A DNA stretch of 64,000 nucleotides, from positions 26,875-90,874 of IMG/VR virus record IMGVR_UViG_3300046453_000093. One strand, 5' to 3'. Position numbers and translations under genes: made by a program. Below the pieces are notes generated by a model. It did not search any database. It was not told the origin of the DNA and saw only the letters and a list, made by a program, of their open reading frames with translations. The DNA comes from a virus (lineage: Duplodnaviria > Heunggongvirae > Uroviricota > Caudoviricetes). How positions within the stretch are numbered: the first letter of the stretch is position 1; each line of letters begins with the position of its first letter. Below, in pieces: positions 47,944-56,885 of this stretch.

Positions 47944-47969
47944 AAGAATGGTCTATACCGACCATTCTT
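47944..47969. terminator. hairpin terminator (functions for the minus-strand rusA-like gene)
   Basis: aagaatggtc-tatacc-gaccattctt perfect 10-bp stem with tttttttt on the minus strand. Confidence 0.7.
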
Positions 47970-47980
47970 AATCTTCTAAG

Positions 47981-48565
47981 CTATTTGGATTTCTTTTCTG
48001 TGTATTGATTGCACAGCATATTTCCAATTTCCTCTTGTATTCTACCTTCTTTTGCCTTGTTTAAAATACTACATTTACCTTTTTGATACCTTTTGCATGT
48101 CTGACAATTGTCTATAAATTCATCAAACTCTTGGTCGTTGTCAAAAATACCAATATATTCCACAGGTGAAAGCATTACTTCAATCCTTGGATTTTTAGTA
48201 TCATAGAGTATTCTTTGAGTTCTAATTAACACTCTAGAGTCATTGTCATAACATATCTTCTCTAAGCTGTCGCACAACAATTTGTATAAGTTATTGTCGT
48301 CACGACCTTTTTTATTGAAGTATATTATTGTATCAAGATATATGTACCCTGTTTCTGTCCACTCATAATCCCATTCCTGTTTTTTCATTTGTCTCATGGC
48401 TTGTTTTTGAATCAGTTTTTTACACATTGTTCCTTCATCAGTCAAAATTCTTTTTCCAGTTGGTATGTATCGTTTCAAATCTTTATTGTATGAGACTTGG
48501 TTTTGGTATAATTGATTTATACTTGTTGGCAAAGGAAGGGTTAGATGCACTTGCATTTTCTTCAT
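47981..48565 (-). CDS. rusA: RusA-like Holliday junction resolvase with C-terminal Cys-containing extension
   Basis: LTLPLPTSINQLY (RusA LP-P-S-N--Y). Later D/N/K/D acidic catalytic pattern (GRDDNNLYKLLCDSLEK). C-terminal C-x2-C. Confidence 0.65.
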   Translation of the reverse strand: MKKMQVHLTLPLPTSINQLYQNQVSYNKDLKRYIPTGKRILTDEGTMCKKLIQKQAMRQMKKQEWDYEWTETGYIYLDTIIYFNKKGRDDNNLYKLLCDSLEKICYDNDSRVLIRTQRILYDTKNPRIEVMLSPVEYIGIFDNDQEFDEFIDNCQTCKRYQKGKCSILNKAKEGRIQEEIGNMLCNQYTEKKSK

Positions 48566-48588
48566 GCACTCACCCTCAATTTATAATT

Positions 48589-49308
48589 TTATTTATCATT
48601 AACAATGGAACTTATTTCATGAATCGTAGAACGTAAATCTTTATTGTTCTTTATCGTGTAATCATAGTCTATCATGTTATTAATCTCTATATCGTATGTT
48701 GTTAGTCGTGATTCAACTGACTCTAGACTATCCCCTCTATTAATCATTCTTTCTCTTGCTGTATCTTTGTCTGTAAATATAAAGATACTAACTAGATTAG
48801 GATATATATTTTTTAATTGTTTCATACCATTATAATCAACTATAATGTAAGTATTAGATTTCGATAGTTTACTATTGATTTCAGCCTTAGTAACTCCATA
48901 AGATGCCCTACCATAATATGTTGTTTTTTCTGCAAGTTCTCCATTTATATCCAATTTGTCAAAGTCTTCTTGATTGATATAGTAATAGTCAACTCCATCA
49001 ACTTCGCCTTCTCGCATTGGTCTAGTGGTCACTGAAACTATTTCTTTATCCTCACCCATTATAGTACGCATGATACTGGTTTTCCCCGCCCCACTATGAC
49101 CACTAATTGCATAAAGCTTATTGGTATAACGTGAGTATGGGGGTAGAAAGTGCGGTATTCCGTCCTTGTCCCACATAGCTGTCCAATTCGTCATTTCACT
49201 ATTGTCAGGTGGAATAAGAATTTCTCTAATGCCACACATATTAATCCATTTCCAACCATGATTCTTTACAGCTATTTCAGCGTCTAATAATCTATTCACT
49301 TTCTTCAA
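48589..49308 (-). CDS. guanylate kinase-like nucleoside monophosphate kinase with ~70-aa N-terminal extension
   Basis: P-loop SGHSGAGKTS. Guanylate kinase signature SVTTRPMREGEVDGVDYYYI. Motifs YGRASYG, IIVDYNGM and TARERMINRGD. Confidence 0.75.
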   Translation of the reverse strand: MKKVNRLLDAEIAVKNHGWKWINMCGIREILIPPDNSEMTNWTAMWDKDGIPHFLPPYSRYTNKLYAISGHSGAGKTSIMRTIMGEDKEIVSVTTRPMREGEVDGVDYYYINQEDFDKLDINGELAEKTTYYGRASYGVTKAEINSKLSKSNTYIIVDYNGMKQLKNIYPNLVSIFIFTDKDTARERMINRGDSLESVESRLTTYDIEINNMIDYDYTIKNNKDLRSTIHEISSIVNDK

Positions 49309-49320
49309 CTCCTTTATTGA

Positions 49321-49623
49321 TTAGTACTCTGTCGAAGAGATGATGCAAGGCTCAGTTATTTTCTCGTTTTTAATAACCCATTCAAAAGTCCTCAACACCC
49401 ATGTATCTCCATAATATTCTAATTTAGTTTGTGGTAATGATAATTCATCTTCAGGTAGGTCATCAGTACTTATGTACATTGTATCGCTAAGACTTACTTC
49501 ACCTTCGAAGTCTTCTTCGATTATGGTCATATCTATACCTGTTAGTTCATGATAATAGTCCTTTACTTGCTCCTCAGTTTCGGCACAAGCCCAATCACAT
49601 TCATTCATCTTAAATACTTTCAT
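49321..49623 (-). CDS. hypothetical acidic protein
   Basis: 100 aa. RBS aaaggagtg. Confidence 0.4.
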   Translation of the reverse strand: MKVFKMNECDWACAETEEQVKDYYHELTGIDMTIIEEDFEGEVSLSDTMYISTDDLPEDELSLPQTKLEYYGDTWVLRTFEWVIKNEKITEPCIISSTEY

Positions 49624-49640
49624 TTCCTCAACACTCCTTT

Positions 49641-50264
49641 TTATAATGATTTGTTGTTTGAAATATATTCACGATATTCATCCATCAAATCGTAGAAATT
49701 TACTAAGAAATCATATTTTGATTCCCCTGCATTGTATCCACGACTAAGGTTCACATCAATATCAACTGTTTCAATGTCTAATGTAAAATCATTTCTTTTC
49801 ATCAGTTGGTTAATTTCATGCACTAGAATTGTATTGTCAATTAGTTTGACTAGATGGTAATCATGTTCTGTTGGTTGAGGAAGACCAAAAGCATCCCACA
49901 TGACTGACATAATCTTATCCTCTGCCAGTTTGTAATCAAACAAATACTGTTTTAATGGTCTAGCCACATCATTTACAATTGATTCAGAAGCGTCATGTAA
50001 TAGACAATATAACTGTTGCAACACTGTCCATCCTAATTTTCTCGCAATCCTAGCACATAGAATAGAGTGTTCGCCAACACAGTAAAATCTTTCTGAATGA
50101 CCTGTGAATCGTGCTAAATTTGATAAGGAGTGTGCAACATCTATAATGTTTACATCTTCTTTTCTAGGGTCTATTGGATAAAATCTACCACCTGTATACA
50201 CCTGAATCCAATCTCCCACTCGTTCTTGTTGATAAGTTGCCAAATTATTTCTCCTTCTTTCCAT
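49641..50264 (-). CDS. HD-domain phosphohydrolase (YfbR-like 5'-deoxynucleotidase family)
   Basis: HD motif GEHSILCARIA...LLHDASESIVNDV (H...HD...D). Confidence 0.6.
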   Translation of the reverse strand: MERRRNNLATYQQERVGDWIQVYTGGRFYPIDPRKEDVNIIDVAHSLSNLARFTGHSERFYCVGEHSILCARIARKLGWTVLQQLYCLLHDASESIVNDVARPLKQYLFDYKLAEDKIMSVMWDAFGLPQPTEHDYHLVKLIDNTILVHEINQLMKRNDFTLDIETVDIDVNLSRGYNAGESKYDFLVNFYDLMDEYREYISNNKSL

Positions 50265-50430
50265 CTATTTTTGATAAAAATTTTGCATGTTCAAACCATT
50301 CGTTTAGCTTATTGATTAAATCTCTTGCTCTGTCAGTGTCTAGTTTGCCTTGTGCGATTTTTAAGTCAATCATATCTCTATAAGACATTAATTGTTTATA
50401 GTAGTCATTTAAGCCCATCATATTCACCAC
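50245..50430 (-). CDS. hypothetical small protein
   Basis: 61 aa, in a tightly packed early-gene array. Confidence 0.3.
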   Translation of the reverse strand: MVNMMGLNDYYKQLMSYRDMIDLKIAQGKLDTDRARDLINKLNEWFEHAKFLSKIDGKKEK

Positions 50431-50432
50431 CT

Positions 50433-50648
50433 TTAAGGTAGGAATTCCACATCGTCAAGTACAAGATTTAATTCTAAGCCATAAATATCTTCATAAAGAA
50501 TTTCTAGACTTCTTCTTATGTATAATGACCAAGATTCTTGTATCGTCCAATAATTCCCTACCCTATCATCATATACTACACCATCTAATAACTCCCACAA
50601 CTCAAATGAGTGATTATATTTCTCATTCAGGTAGGTCATTTGCTCCAA
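50433..50648 (-). CDS. hypothetical small protein
   Basis: 71 aa. Confidence 0.3.
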   Translation of the reverse strand: MEQMTYLNEKYNHSFELWELLDGVVYDDRVGNYWTIQESWSLYIRRSLEILYEDIYGLELNLVLDDVEFLP

Positions 50649-50808
50649 TTATTGTTAAGTAAAAATTCTCTCCACCAATGAGGTTTTTCATTTTTTCTTC
50701 TGCCAATCTTCTTGCTTCAGGTTCGTCTTCACAGCGCATACAAAACTCACCACAGCATAAGACATATCCTTTTTCTATCTTTATCCATTCAAAATTATAT
50801 TCAGTCAT
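50623..50808 (-). CDS. hypothetical small Cys-containing protein
   Basis: 61 aa, C-x2-C...C-x2-C. Confidence 0.3.
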   Translation of the reverse strand: MTEYNFEWIKIEKGYVLCCGEFCMRCEDEPEARRLAEEKMKNLIGGENFYLTIIGANDLPE

Positions 50809-51106
50809 GCTGATTCACCTTCTTTAAATACTGAACCATTTTCAGTAAAGTATTTGCTAATTCTTCAGTTTGCATTATCGTTAGAAAGATTGACGAACCT
50901 TCGCCTAGATGATAAACATCACTGCAATCATCAGTTATTTCCAAACAAATAGGGGTAGTATCGTCCTGTTCTGCTGTCTCTCTTAGTGTAGCACTATTAC
51001 TAAATACTTTTACATAATTGTCACCCATATTTTCTTTCTGATAATTGTAGATATATTGGTCTTCAAATTTTACATCAATCATTTGCATTTTCCACCTTTC
51101 TTTCAA
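50801..51106 (-). CDS. hypothetical protein
   Basis: 101 aa. Confidence 0.35.
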   Translation of the reverse strand: MKERWKMQMIDVKFEDQYIYNYQKENMGDNYVKVFSNSATLRETAEQDDTTPICLEITDDCSDVYHLGEGSSIFLTIMQTEELANTLLKMVQYLKKVNQHD

Positions 51107-52397
51107 CTAGTTTGCAAGTTTGTAAAAATGCTTCTTGTATGTCATCTCGCTGTTTCCATTCTTCATTTTCGTCCATATACCATTTACCATCTTCTGATGT
51201 GCCAGTAATATTAATCACATCTCCAACGTACAGATGGGGAATACCATCCTTGTCATAATACTTCTTTTTCTTAACTTTCAATTTTATAATGTCTCCTGTT
51301 TTCAAGTTGTACAAGGATAAAATTGGAGTATACTTATCATTAATATCAATGATGGCAAAAGTATTTTCATCCTGATTAAGATATGTTGTTCTCATGAATC
51401 CATAGAATTCTTTTTCGATTTCTAATGGCTTATAAAGAGAGATTTGTTCTGCCTGTTTAAAGGTCTGTTTTAAATTTGTTTCATTTTCATGTTGTAATTG
51501 GATTCTTTTTATTTTGCTTTTTTCAACATACTTTTTATCGTATTTGATTCCTTTGCCATTCTTAAAAGAATCGTAAAGTTCAAAAATTAATTGCTTTTCT
51601 CCAAATTTTTTAAAGAAATCTAATTGGATTAGAATCTTCATCTGTCTGCTGTCTATAGCTGTCTTTTCAATGATATCAACTAACAAGTCTGTAAAGAATT
51701 TATAGTCATTATCCTTTAAATTGTATAGGCTTTCAGCCATTTGTAGATTGCAGTGTTTGACTAATTTCATTCCATAATTTATTTTATCGTTTGTTAGAGC
51801 GCAATAAGATACAGGATTTTTAAAACTGATAGGGTCAACCTGAACACCCAATCGTTTTGCTTCAAGATAAATTCCTTCGAACCTGTCAGGCTTTCCATCA
51901 AACGAGTTAAATAGTGCTGTCATGAATTCTTTTGGATGATAGACTTTTAAAAAGGCACAGATGTAAGCGATTATCGCATATGCAAATGAATGAGATTTAT
52001 TAAAGGAATATTTAGAAAACTCAAGCATGTCCTTCCAAAGCTGTTCAAATTGCTCATTCGTCCACCCTCTATCTTGGACAAGCCCTTTAATTAATTCATC
52101 ACGACATTCAGCCATAAGTTTAGGTAATTTTTTTCCAGTTGCTTTCCTAAGCTTGTCGCTGTTTCGCATCTTAGCCAATCTGCCAACTTCAATTAATTGC
52201 TCTTGGAATACAATGATTCCATATGTAGGTTTCAGGATATTCTCCAAATCAGGGTGAAGGTATTCAAATTCTTCTTCACCATGTTTTCTAGCAATATAGT
52301 TGTCTATGTATTTCATAGCACCTGGTCGATAAAGTGCATTAGCAACAGCCAAATCGTCTAGACAAGTTGGTTTCATTTTTTCAAGTGTTCTTTTCAT
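51075..52397 (-). CDS. dnaE: DNA polymerase III alpha (DnaE-type) - 3' exon / C-terminal portion
   Basis: SGMKRTLEKMKPTCLDDLAVANALYRPGAMKYIDNYIARKHGEEEF...PTYGIIVFQEQLIEV aligns to E. coli DnaE [30 protein letters not shown]...NFIDRKHGREE...PTYGIILYQEQVMQI. Confidence 0.8.
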   Translation of the reverse strand: MKRTLEKMKPTCLDDLAVANALYRPGAMKYIDNYIARKHGEEEFEYLHPDLENILKPTYGIIVFQEQLIEVGRLAKMRNSDKLRKATGKKLPKLMAECRDELIKGLVQDRGWTNEQFEQLWKDMLEFSKYSFNKSHSFAYAIIAYICAFLKVYHPKEFMTALFNSFDGKPDRFEGIYLEAKRLGVQVDPISFKNPVSYCALTNDKINYGMKLVKHCNLQMAESLYNLKDNDYKFFTDLLVDIIEKTAIDSRQMKILIQLDFFKKFGEKQLIFELYDSFKNGKGIKYDKKYVEKSKIKRIQLQHENETNLKQTFKQAEQISLYKPLEIEKEFYGFMRTTYLNQDENTFAIIDINDKYTPILSLYNLKTGDIIKLKVKKKKYYDKDGIPHLYVGDVINITGTSEDGKWYMDENEEWKQRDDIQEAFLQTCKLVERKVENAND

Positions 52398-52404
52398 ACC
52401 GCTT

Positions 52405-52799
52405 GCACATAATCCTATGTTTCCATAGGTGCTGACTATATCATCTCACCTCTAAAAATAGAGGTTTGTTCCGTATTTCGAGTGGTAGCCTATTGCCCAC
52501 CCTACTCCCTACCTCTCGGATTGGGATAGTCGATTCACATTTAGATTATATTTAACATTTGTCTAAGATTAAACACTTATTGTCATCACCTCAATATTAA
52601 TCAAGGCAATATGTTAAATATAATCATTTAGCACAGGATTACCATATCTTAAAAGACTTAGGCTTCCCTGTTAGCACGAATATTAATAAGTCATTTCCTA
52701 CTTAAAAGGACACACCTTATTCGCACACCTCTAGGCAATAGAGTTAACGAAATTTAATCGAGTAGTGTCACCACTACAAGTGAGCCATTTTACTAACTC
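52405..52799 (-). ncRNA. group I self-splicing intron (no ORF) interrupting the dnaE-type polymerase gene; boundaries approximate
   Basis: Non-coding ~390 nt between two polymerase segments that are colinear with DnaE. On minus strand, R-like element gugaaucGACUAu (~52535) and S-like element gaugauaUAGUCag (~52437) can form P7 (GACUA/UAGUC). Multiple in-frame stops. Confidence 0.7.
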
Positions 52800-54701
52800 A
52801 AATTGAAATACTCCATCTGTAAAACCTTTTTGGAATACTTCCTTATATACTTTTTCATCATCAAAGTCTATGATTGCGGGGTCTAAATATTCACGATACT
52901 TTTTCTTAATCATGTCCAATACATCATAATAAACATCAACGGTTCTTAACCCAAGAAGGTCTACTTTAACTATTCCAAGGTCTTCAGCGTCATTCATATC
53001 CATTTGGAAAACTAAGTGACCATCGTTCTCTGCAAGTGCATGGTAATAATCTAATTCATCAATAGTAATAGCTTTCCCACATGGATGTACACCGAAGCTT
53101 CTAGGTAAACCCGCCAACTTTTCAGCATACATGAATAATTGCGGATACCTCTTTTCCCATTTCTGTGTATAGCCTTCCTCTCTTGCGTCTTGGATAGTTA
53201 AGTCATTTAAGTCTTTTGTGATATTGTTCAAGATATTAAAGTCAATACCTAGCACTCTACCAACATCTTTAATTGCAGACTTGTCCCAAATGTAGCCAAA
53301 TTGTCCAAGTGAAGCAAATTTCTTTTTCGTATATTTCTCCTCAATGTTTTGGACAACCTTTTCTCTGTCTTTTGTGCCGAAATCTGAATCTACATCGGGG
53401 ATTTTTAGTTCTTTTGGTGTGATGATTCCCTCTTTCAATAAATCCAATTGACCTACATCAATAAATCTTTCAAAGTATAGTCCATACTTTATAGGGTCAA
53501 TGTCAACTATATTTAAGAGGTAAGCAATAAGACATCCTCCACCACTTCCCCTTGCAATCCCACGTCTTTCAACAGAATTTACATATGAGTAAACTAATAA
53601 GAAGTATCCAATGAATCCCATATCTCTTACAGCATTGAATTCATATTCTAAACGCTCTTGATATATTTTACGTGTGTTTTTGTCCTTTTTATTTATTCCC
53701 CTCTGTTTCCAACCTGTATTACAAAGGTCTTTGAGATATTCTTCTTCGTTTTTATATTCGAATGGAATATCAACATGTGGAATTAAAGGTGCTGATAGTG
53801 GAATATGAACGTTGCATTTGTCAGCTATTAATCTTGTTGCTCTTATCGCAATCTCAGCTTCTTCTTCTGTAAGAGTGGGCTGAAGAAGTCTCATTACATC
53901 AGATTCGCTTTGTAAAAAGGCATCGAGATAAGTTTCGCCCGCTTCCCTGTTTTGTCCAATTTGAATAAATATTCCATGTAAGTCGAAATCTTCTTCTTCT
54001 GTATAGTGGCTATCTGCTGTAACAACATATTCGACATTCATTTCTTTTGCTATATCTACAATTGCCCTATTAAGCCTTCTTTGTTTAATGTCTCTATGAG
54101 ATTGAATTTCTAAGTAATAATCATCCTTGAATACTTCTTTATATTTCTTTATTACACCTTTTGCTTCAGTAATGCCCTGTTCAGTTATAATAATGTCTTC
54201 TTTGTTTCCAATTTTCCCACTAGCAAGCGTTTGTTGAACTTGTCCTGCCATACATCCTGAAAAAATAATTAAACCTTCACTATGTTGTTTTAGTAGTTCA
54301 AAGTCTACCCTTGGTTTGCTATAAAAACCCTCTAAGTAGCCTTTGGTGACTAGTTTGTTTAGGTTGAGTCTACCTTTTTCATTTTTAGCCAAAACAGTCA
54401 TATGATAATATTTATTGTCTTTGTCTTTATCAAACCTACTCTTTGGAGAAATGTATAGTTCACAACCATGTATGTACTTCACACTCTGTTTTTTGCATTC
54501 TTTATATATTTTTACACTACTAAACAATGAACCATGCTCAGTAATTGCCATTGCAGACTGATTCATTTTTTTAACTTTATTTATCATTTGTTCAGGTTTT
54601 GACATGCCATCAAGTAATGAGTATGCCGAATGACAATGTAAATTGATAAATTTGTCATCATCTGAAACTTTAATTAATCCATGTGTATTACTATTGCACA
54701 C
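52731..54701 (-). CDS. dnaE: DNA polymerase III alpha (DnaE-type) - 5' exon / N-terminal portion (PHP + palm); last ~20 codons are intron read-through
   Basis: PHP domain FINLHCHSAYSLLDG near N-terminus. ORF ends ...GVFQFE followed by intron-encoded residues (E. coli GVFQLESRGMK). Confidence 0.8.
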   Translation of the reverse strand: MCNSNTHGLIKVSDDDKFINLHCHSAYSLLDGMSKPEQMINKVKKMNQSAMAITEHGSLFSSVKIYKECKKQSVKYIHGCELYISPKSRFDKDKDNKYYHMTVLAKNEKGRLNLNKLVTKGYLEGFYSKPRVDFELLKQHSEGLIIFSGCMAGQVQQTLASGKIGNKEDIIITEQGITEAKGVIKKYKEVFKDDYYLEIQSHRDIKQRRLNRAIVDIAKEMNVEYVVTADSHYTEEEDFDLHGIFIQIGQNREAGETYLDAFLQSESDVMRLLQPTLTEEEAEIAIRATRLIADKCNVHIPLSAPLIPHVDIPFEYKNEEEYLKDLCNTGWKQRGINKKDKNTRKIYQERLEYEFNAVRDMGFIGYFLLVYSYVNSVERRGIARGSGGGCLIAYLLNIVDIDPIKYGLYFERFIDVGQLDLLKEGIITPKELKIPDVDSDFGTKDREKVVQNIEEKYTKKKFASLGQFGYIWDKSAIKDVGRVLGIDFNILNNITKDLNDLTIQDAREEGYTQKWEKRYPQLFMYAEKLAGLPRSFGVHPCGKAITIDELDYYHALAENDGHLVFQMDMNDAEDLGIVKVDLLGLRTVDVYYDVLDMIKKKYREYLDPAIIDFDDEKVYKEVFQKGFTDGVFQFELVKWLTCSGDTTRLNFVNSIA

Positions 54702-55377
54702 TTGAATCGACCCCTCCTATTCCATATTCTTCAAATAAATGTTTTTGTGGGGAATATTTTCCGAAATATTTAAACTCAGCTTCTAACCTTAACTTGATAG
54801 CTTCTTCAATAATTTTTGAAGTACCAAGGTATATTTTTTCATAATCAACCTTTATGTGTGCTTGATAATTTTTATCTCTTTTTTGATACGAAACTCCAAT
54901 AAAGCCTGTATTGCTTCTAGAGACACCTTTATTTCTAGAATTTTGCTGATTATTACAAACTCTTAAATTAGACTTTCTATTGTCTAATCTTTTTGTGTTT
55001 TCGTGGTCTACTTGGTCATTGTCGCTTGTAACATCCATAATTAATCTATGCATTCTAATGGCAGAACTATTACAAACTGCATATCCATGTTTTGACAAAT
55101 GCCATTTATGTTTATTAACCTTGTCTATATCCTCAATGTCAATTAATGCCCTAGCAATTTCCCTGTTTGCTTTATCGTACAGAACAACTTCAGCAAAATT
55201 ATCTTTAATAATTATTTCATTCTTATCAAATTTTGTTTTTGTTAATATTTGTCCGTATTGTAGCATCTGACTATAATGTTTTCCACACATGTATCTACCA
55301 TTTGTTATCTTGGACTTTGGTGTGTACATTCGTGATGTTTCATATTCACTTATTCCGCAAATATCGCAAGTTCTCAA
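54691..55377 (-). CDS. free-standing HNH homing-type endonuclease with AP2 DNA-binding domain
   Basis: HNH motif VDHENTKRLDNRKSNLRVCNNQQNSRN. AP2-like GFIGVSYQKRDKNYQAHI...YLG. N-terminal Cys cluster. Immediately upstream of the intron-containing polymerase gene. Confidence 0.75.
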   Translation of the reverse strand: MRTCDICGISEYETSRMYTPKSKITNGRYMCGKHYSQMLQYGQILTKTKFDKNEIIIKDNFAEVVLYDKANREIARALIDIEDIDKVNKHKWHLSKHGYAVCNSSAIRMHRLIMDVTSDNDQVDHENTKRLDNRKSNLRVCNNQQNSRNKGVSRSNTGFIGVSYQKRDKNYQAHIKVDYEKIYLGTSKIIEEAIKLRLEAEFKYFGKYSPQKHLFEEYGIGGVDSSVQ

Positions 55378-55451
55378 TAATCCTCACTCCTTTACTAATA
55401 ACAACTTAATACAATTGTATCACAAGTGTTAAATATAATCAATATCATTCA

Positions 55452-55489
55452 AAAATAAATCCCTGCACACTTAGTACAGAGATTTATTT
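55452..55489 (-). terminator. rho-independent terminator after the DGQHR gene
   Basis: aaataaatcYctg...cagRgatttattt 13-bp stem with T-run on minus. Confidence 0.55.
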
Positions 55490-55497
55490 CATTACTA

Positions 55498-56736
55498 CTA
55501 TTTTAAATACTCTTTTTCTTTCTTTTTATTGAATTCATCGGCTTTGTCAAGCAAATATTTGAAGACTGCCTTTTGACCTGAACTACTAGCTGAGAACATC
55601 ACATTGGTATTTTTTCCTATTCCTCTGATTCCACCATAATTAAGCCAATCTTCATTCTTGTATGTCCAATCAATTTGTCCTAATAATGTGTAAATATCAT
55701 CTTCATTCGCAAACAAACGTTCTTCTTTAGCTTGAGACACAAATTTACATATTCCAATTAGCGCATAGCTTTTTTCAATAATATACCTTCCTTTTGTGTC
55801 CATATCGTCAGGCAATGCGAATAAGATTTTTTCAAATTTAGAATTCACACTATTCTTCACTCTGTCAAAATTCTTTTTCTTCAAGAAATTCTTATCACAG
55901 ACAAGGCTTGAACTCAATAGCTCTTTAATGGAGTTGTAGATTGTCGTTAATAGGAATGTGTTTTGATTACTCTTGAATATAGATTGCTTATCGGTTTCAA
56001 CACCATAATGAATGAAATACCTGTTGGTTTCACCTATTTCCTTAGCCATCTTCGCAAATAAATCTGTTTGAGACAGACGGATATTGGCACTTTTAGACGG
56101 TCTTCTAGCCAAGTTGTTCAAGTCGAAAAATAATTGAGATTCTTGTTCTTCGTCTAAACCGTTAAAAATGATAACAGGTATAGTCATTTCTTCCAACATT
56201 TCTAGTTGTTTTTCAATATTCGTCTTTTCGCTTAAGTCACTTGTCTTCTCAATTTTTGTTTTTAATTCTTGTATTGCTTCTTTAACGCTTTCTGTTCTAT
56301 GTTGACCATCGTTTATGGACATCTTACTATTGGTGTCAATAAGGATGGTTCTTTTATCATCATCATAAATAATAGTTCCCTTGCAGGTAACAGTTATTGA
56401 GTTAAAGAATCGCATGTATGCTTCTGAATTCTCTTCGTCCCCAATACCGCTAAGTATATATTTCTTTAAAGATTTAACATTGTTTTTGCTCATGCTACGC
56501 TGTATCTTTGGAAACACTTCCAAAAATTTAGACAAGTCTTTAAATTTTAACATTGAAGAATATACTTCTTTCCCAAACTGATAGCCCTTCACTCCTGAGA
56601 TTTGAGCATACCGTTCAAAATTTAAATCAATCGTCTTTTTGTTCTTGGTTCTATAGAGTATGTCTTCCGATTTCTGTAAATCAGTTGCGAATTGCGACAT
56701 CATCATTTCTCCTTTGTTTTGCAATTTTTTCTTCAA
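55498..56736 (-). CDS. DGQHR-domain protein (DndB-like family)
   Basis: Motif INDGQHRTESV. ~400 aa. Probable true start at one of the Met triplet (MMMSQ, ~56706) to avoid overlap with the upstream RHH gene. Confidence 0.6.
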   Translation of the reverse strand: MKKKLQNKGEMMMSQFATDLQKSEDILYRTKNKKTIDLNFERYAQISGVKGYQFGKEVYSSMLKFKDLSKFLEVFPKIQRSMSKNNVKSLKKYILSGIGDEENSEAYMRFFNSITVTCKGTIIYDDDKRTILIDTNSKMSINDGQHRTESVKEAIQELKTKIEKTSDLSEKTNIEKQLEMLEEMTIPVIIFNGLDEEQESQLFFDLNNLARRPSKSANIRLSQTDLFAKMAKEIGETNRYFIHYGVETDKQSIFKSNQNTFLLTTIYNSIKELLSSSLVCDKNFLKKKNFDRVKNSVNSKFEKILFALPDDMDTKGRYIIEKSYALIGICKFVSQAKEERLFANEDDIYTLLGQIDWTYKNEDWLNYGGIRGIGKNTNVMFSASSSGQKAVFKYLLDKADEFNKKKEKEYLK

Positions 56737-56872
56737 TTGCTTCCATGATAAATTGATGTTTAGATATTTTACTTATGCTTTGCATGTTTAGCTTGTGAAC
56801 AACGTCATCAATCTCTTTGTTCTTTTCAATTTGAATCTTTAGGGGAAATCTCACAGCATCTTTAATAGTCAC
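56681..56872 (-). CDS. ribbon-helix-helix (Arc/CopG-like) small DNA-binding protein
   Basis: Beta-strand VRFPLKIQI followed by two helices (KEIDDVVHKLN; SKISKHQFIMEAIEEKIAK). RBS taggagg. GTTAC inverted repeats just upstream. Confidence 0.5.
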   Translation of the reverse strand: MTIKDAVRFPLKIQIEKNKEIDDVVHKLNMQSISKISKHQFIMEAIEEKIAKQRRNDDVAIRN

Positions 56873-56885
56873 TATTTCAACCTCC

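Noticed and set aside
52398-52730. Gap in the polymerase gene as an intein or simple frameshift/pseudogene
   Set aside because: Inteins are in-frame protein insertions, but here stops occur in all frames. The two halves are precisely colinear with DnaE around a conserved motif and the gap carries group I P7-forming R/S-like elements, favouring a self-splicing intron over gene decay.
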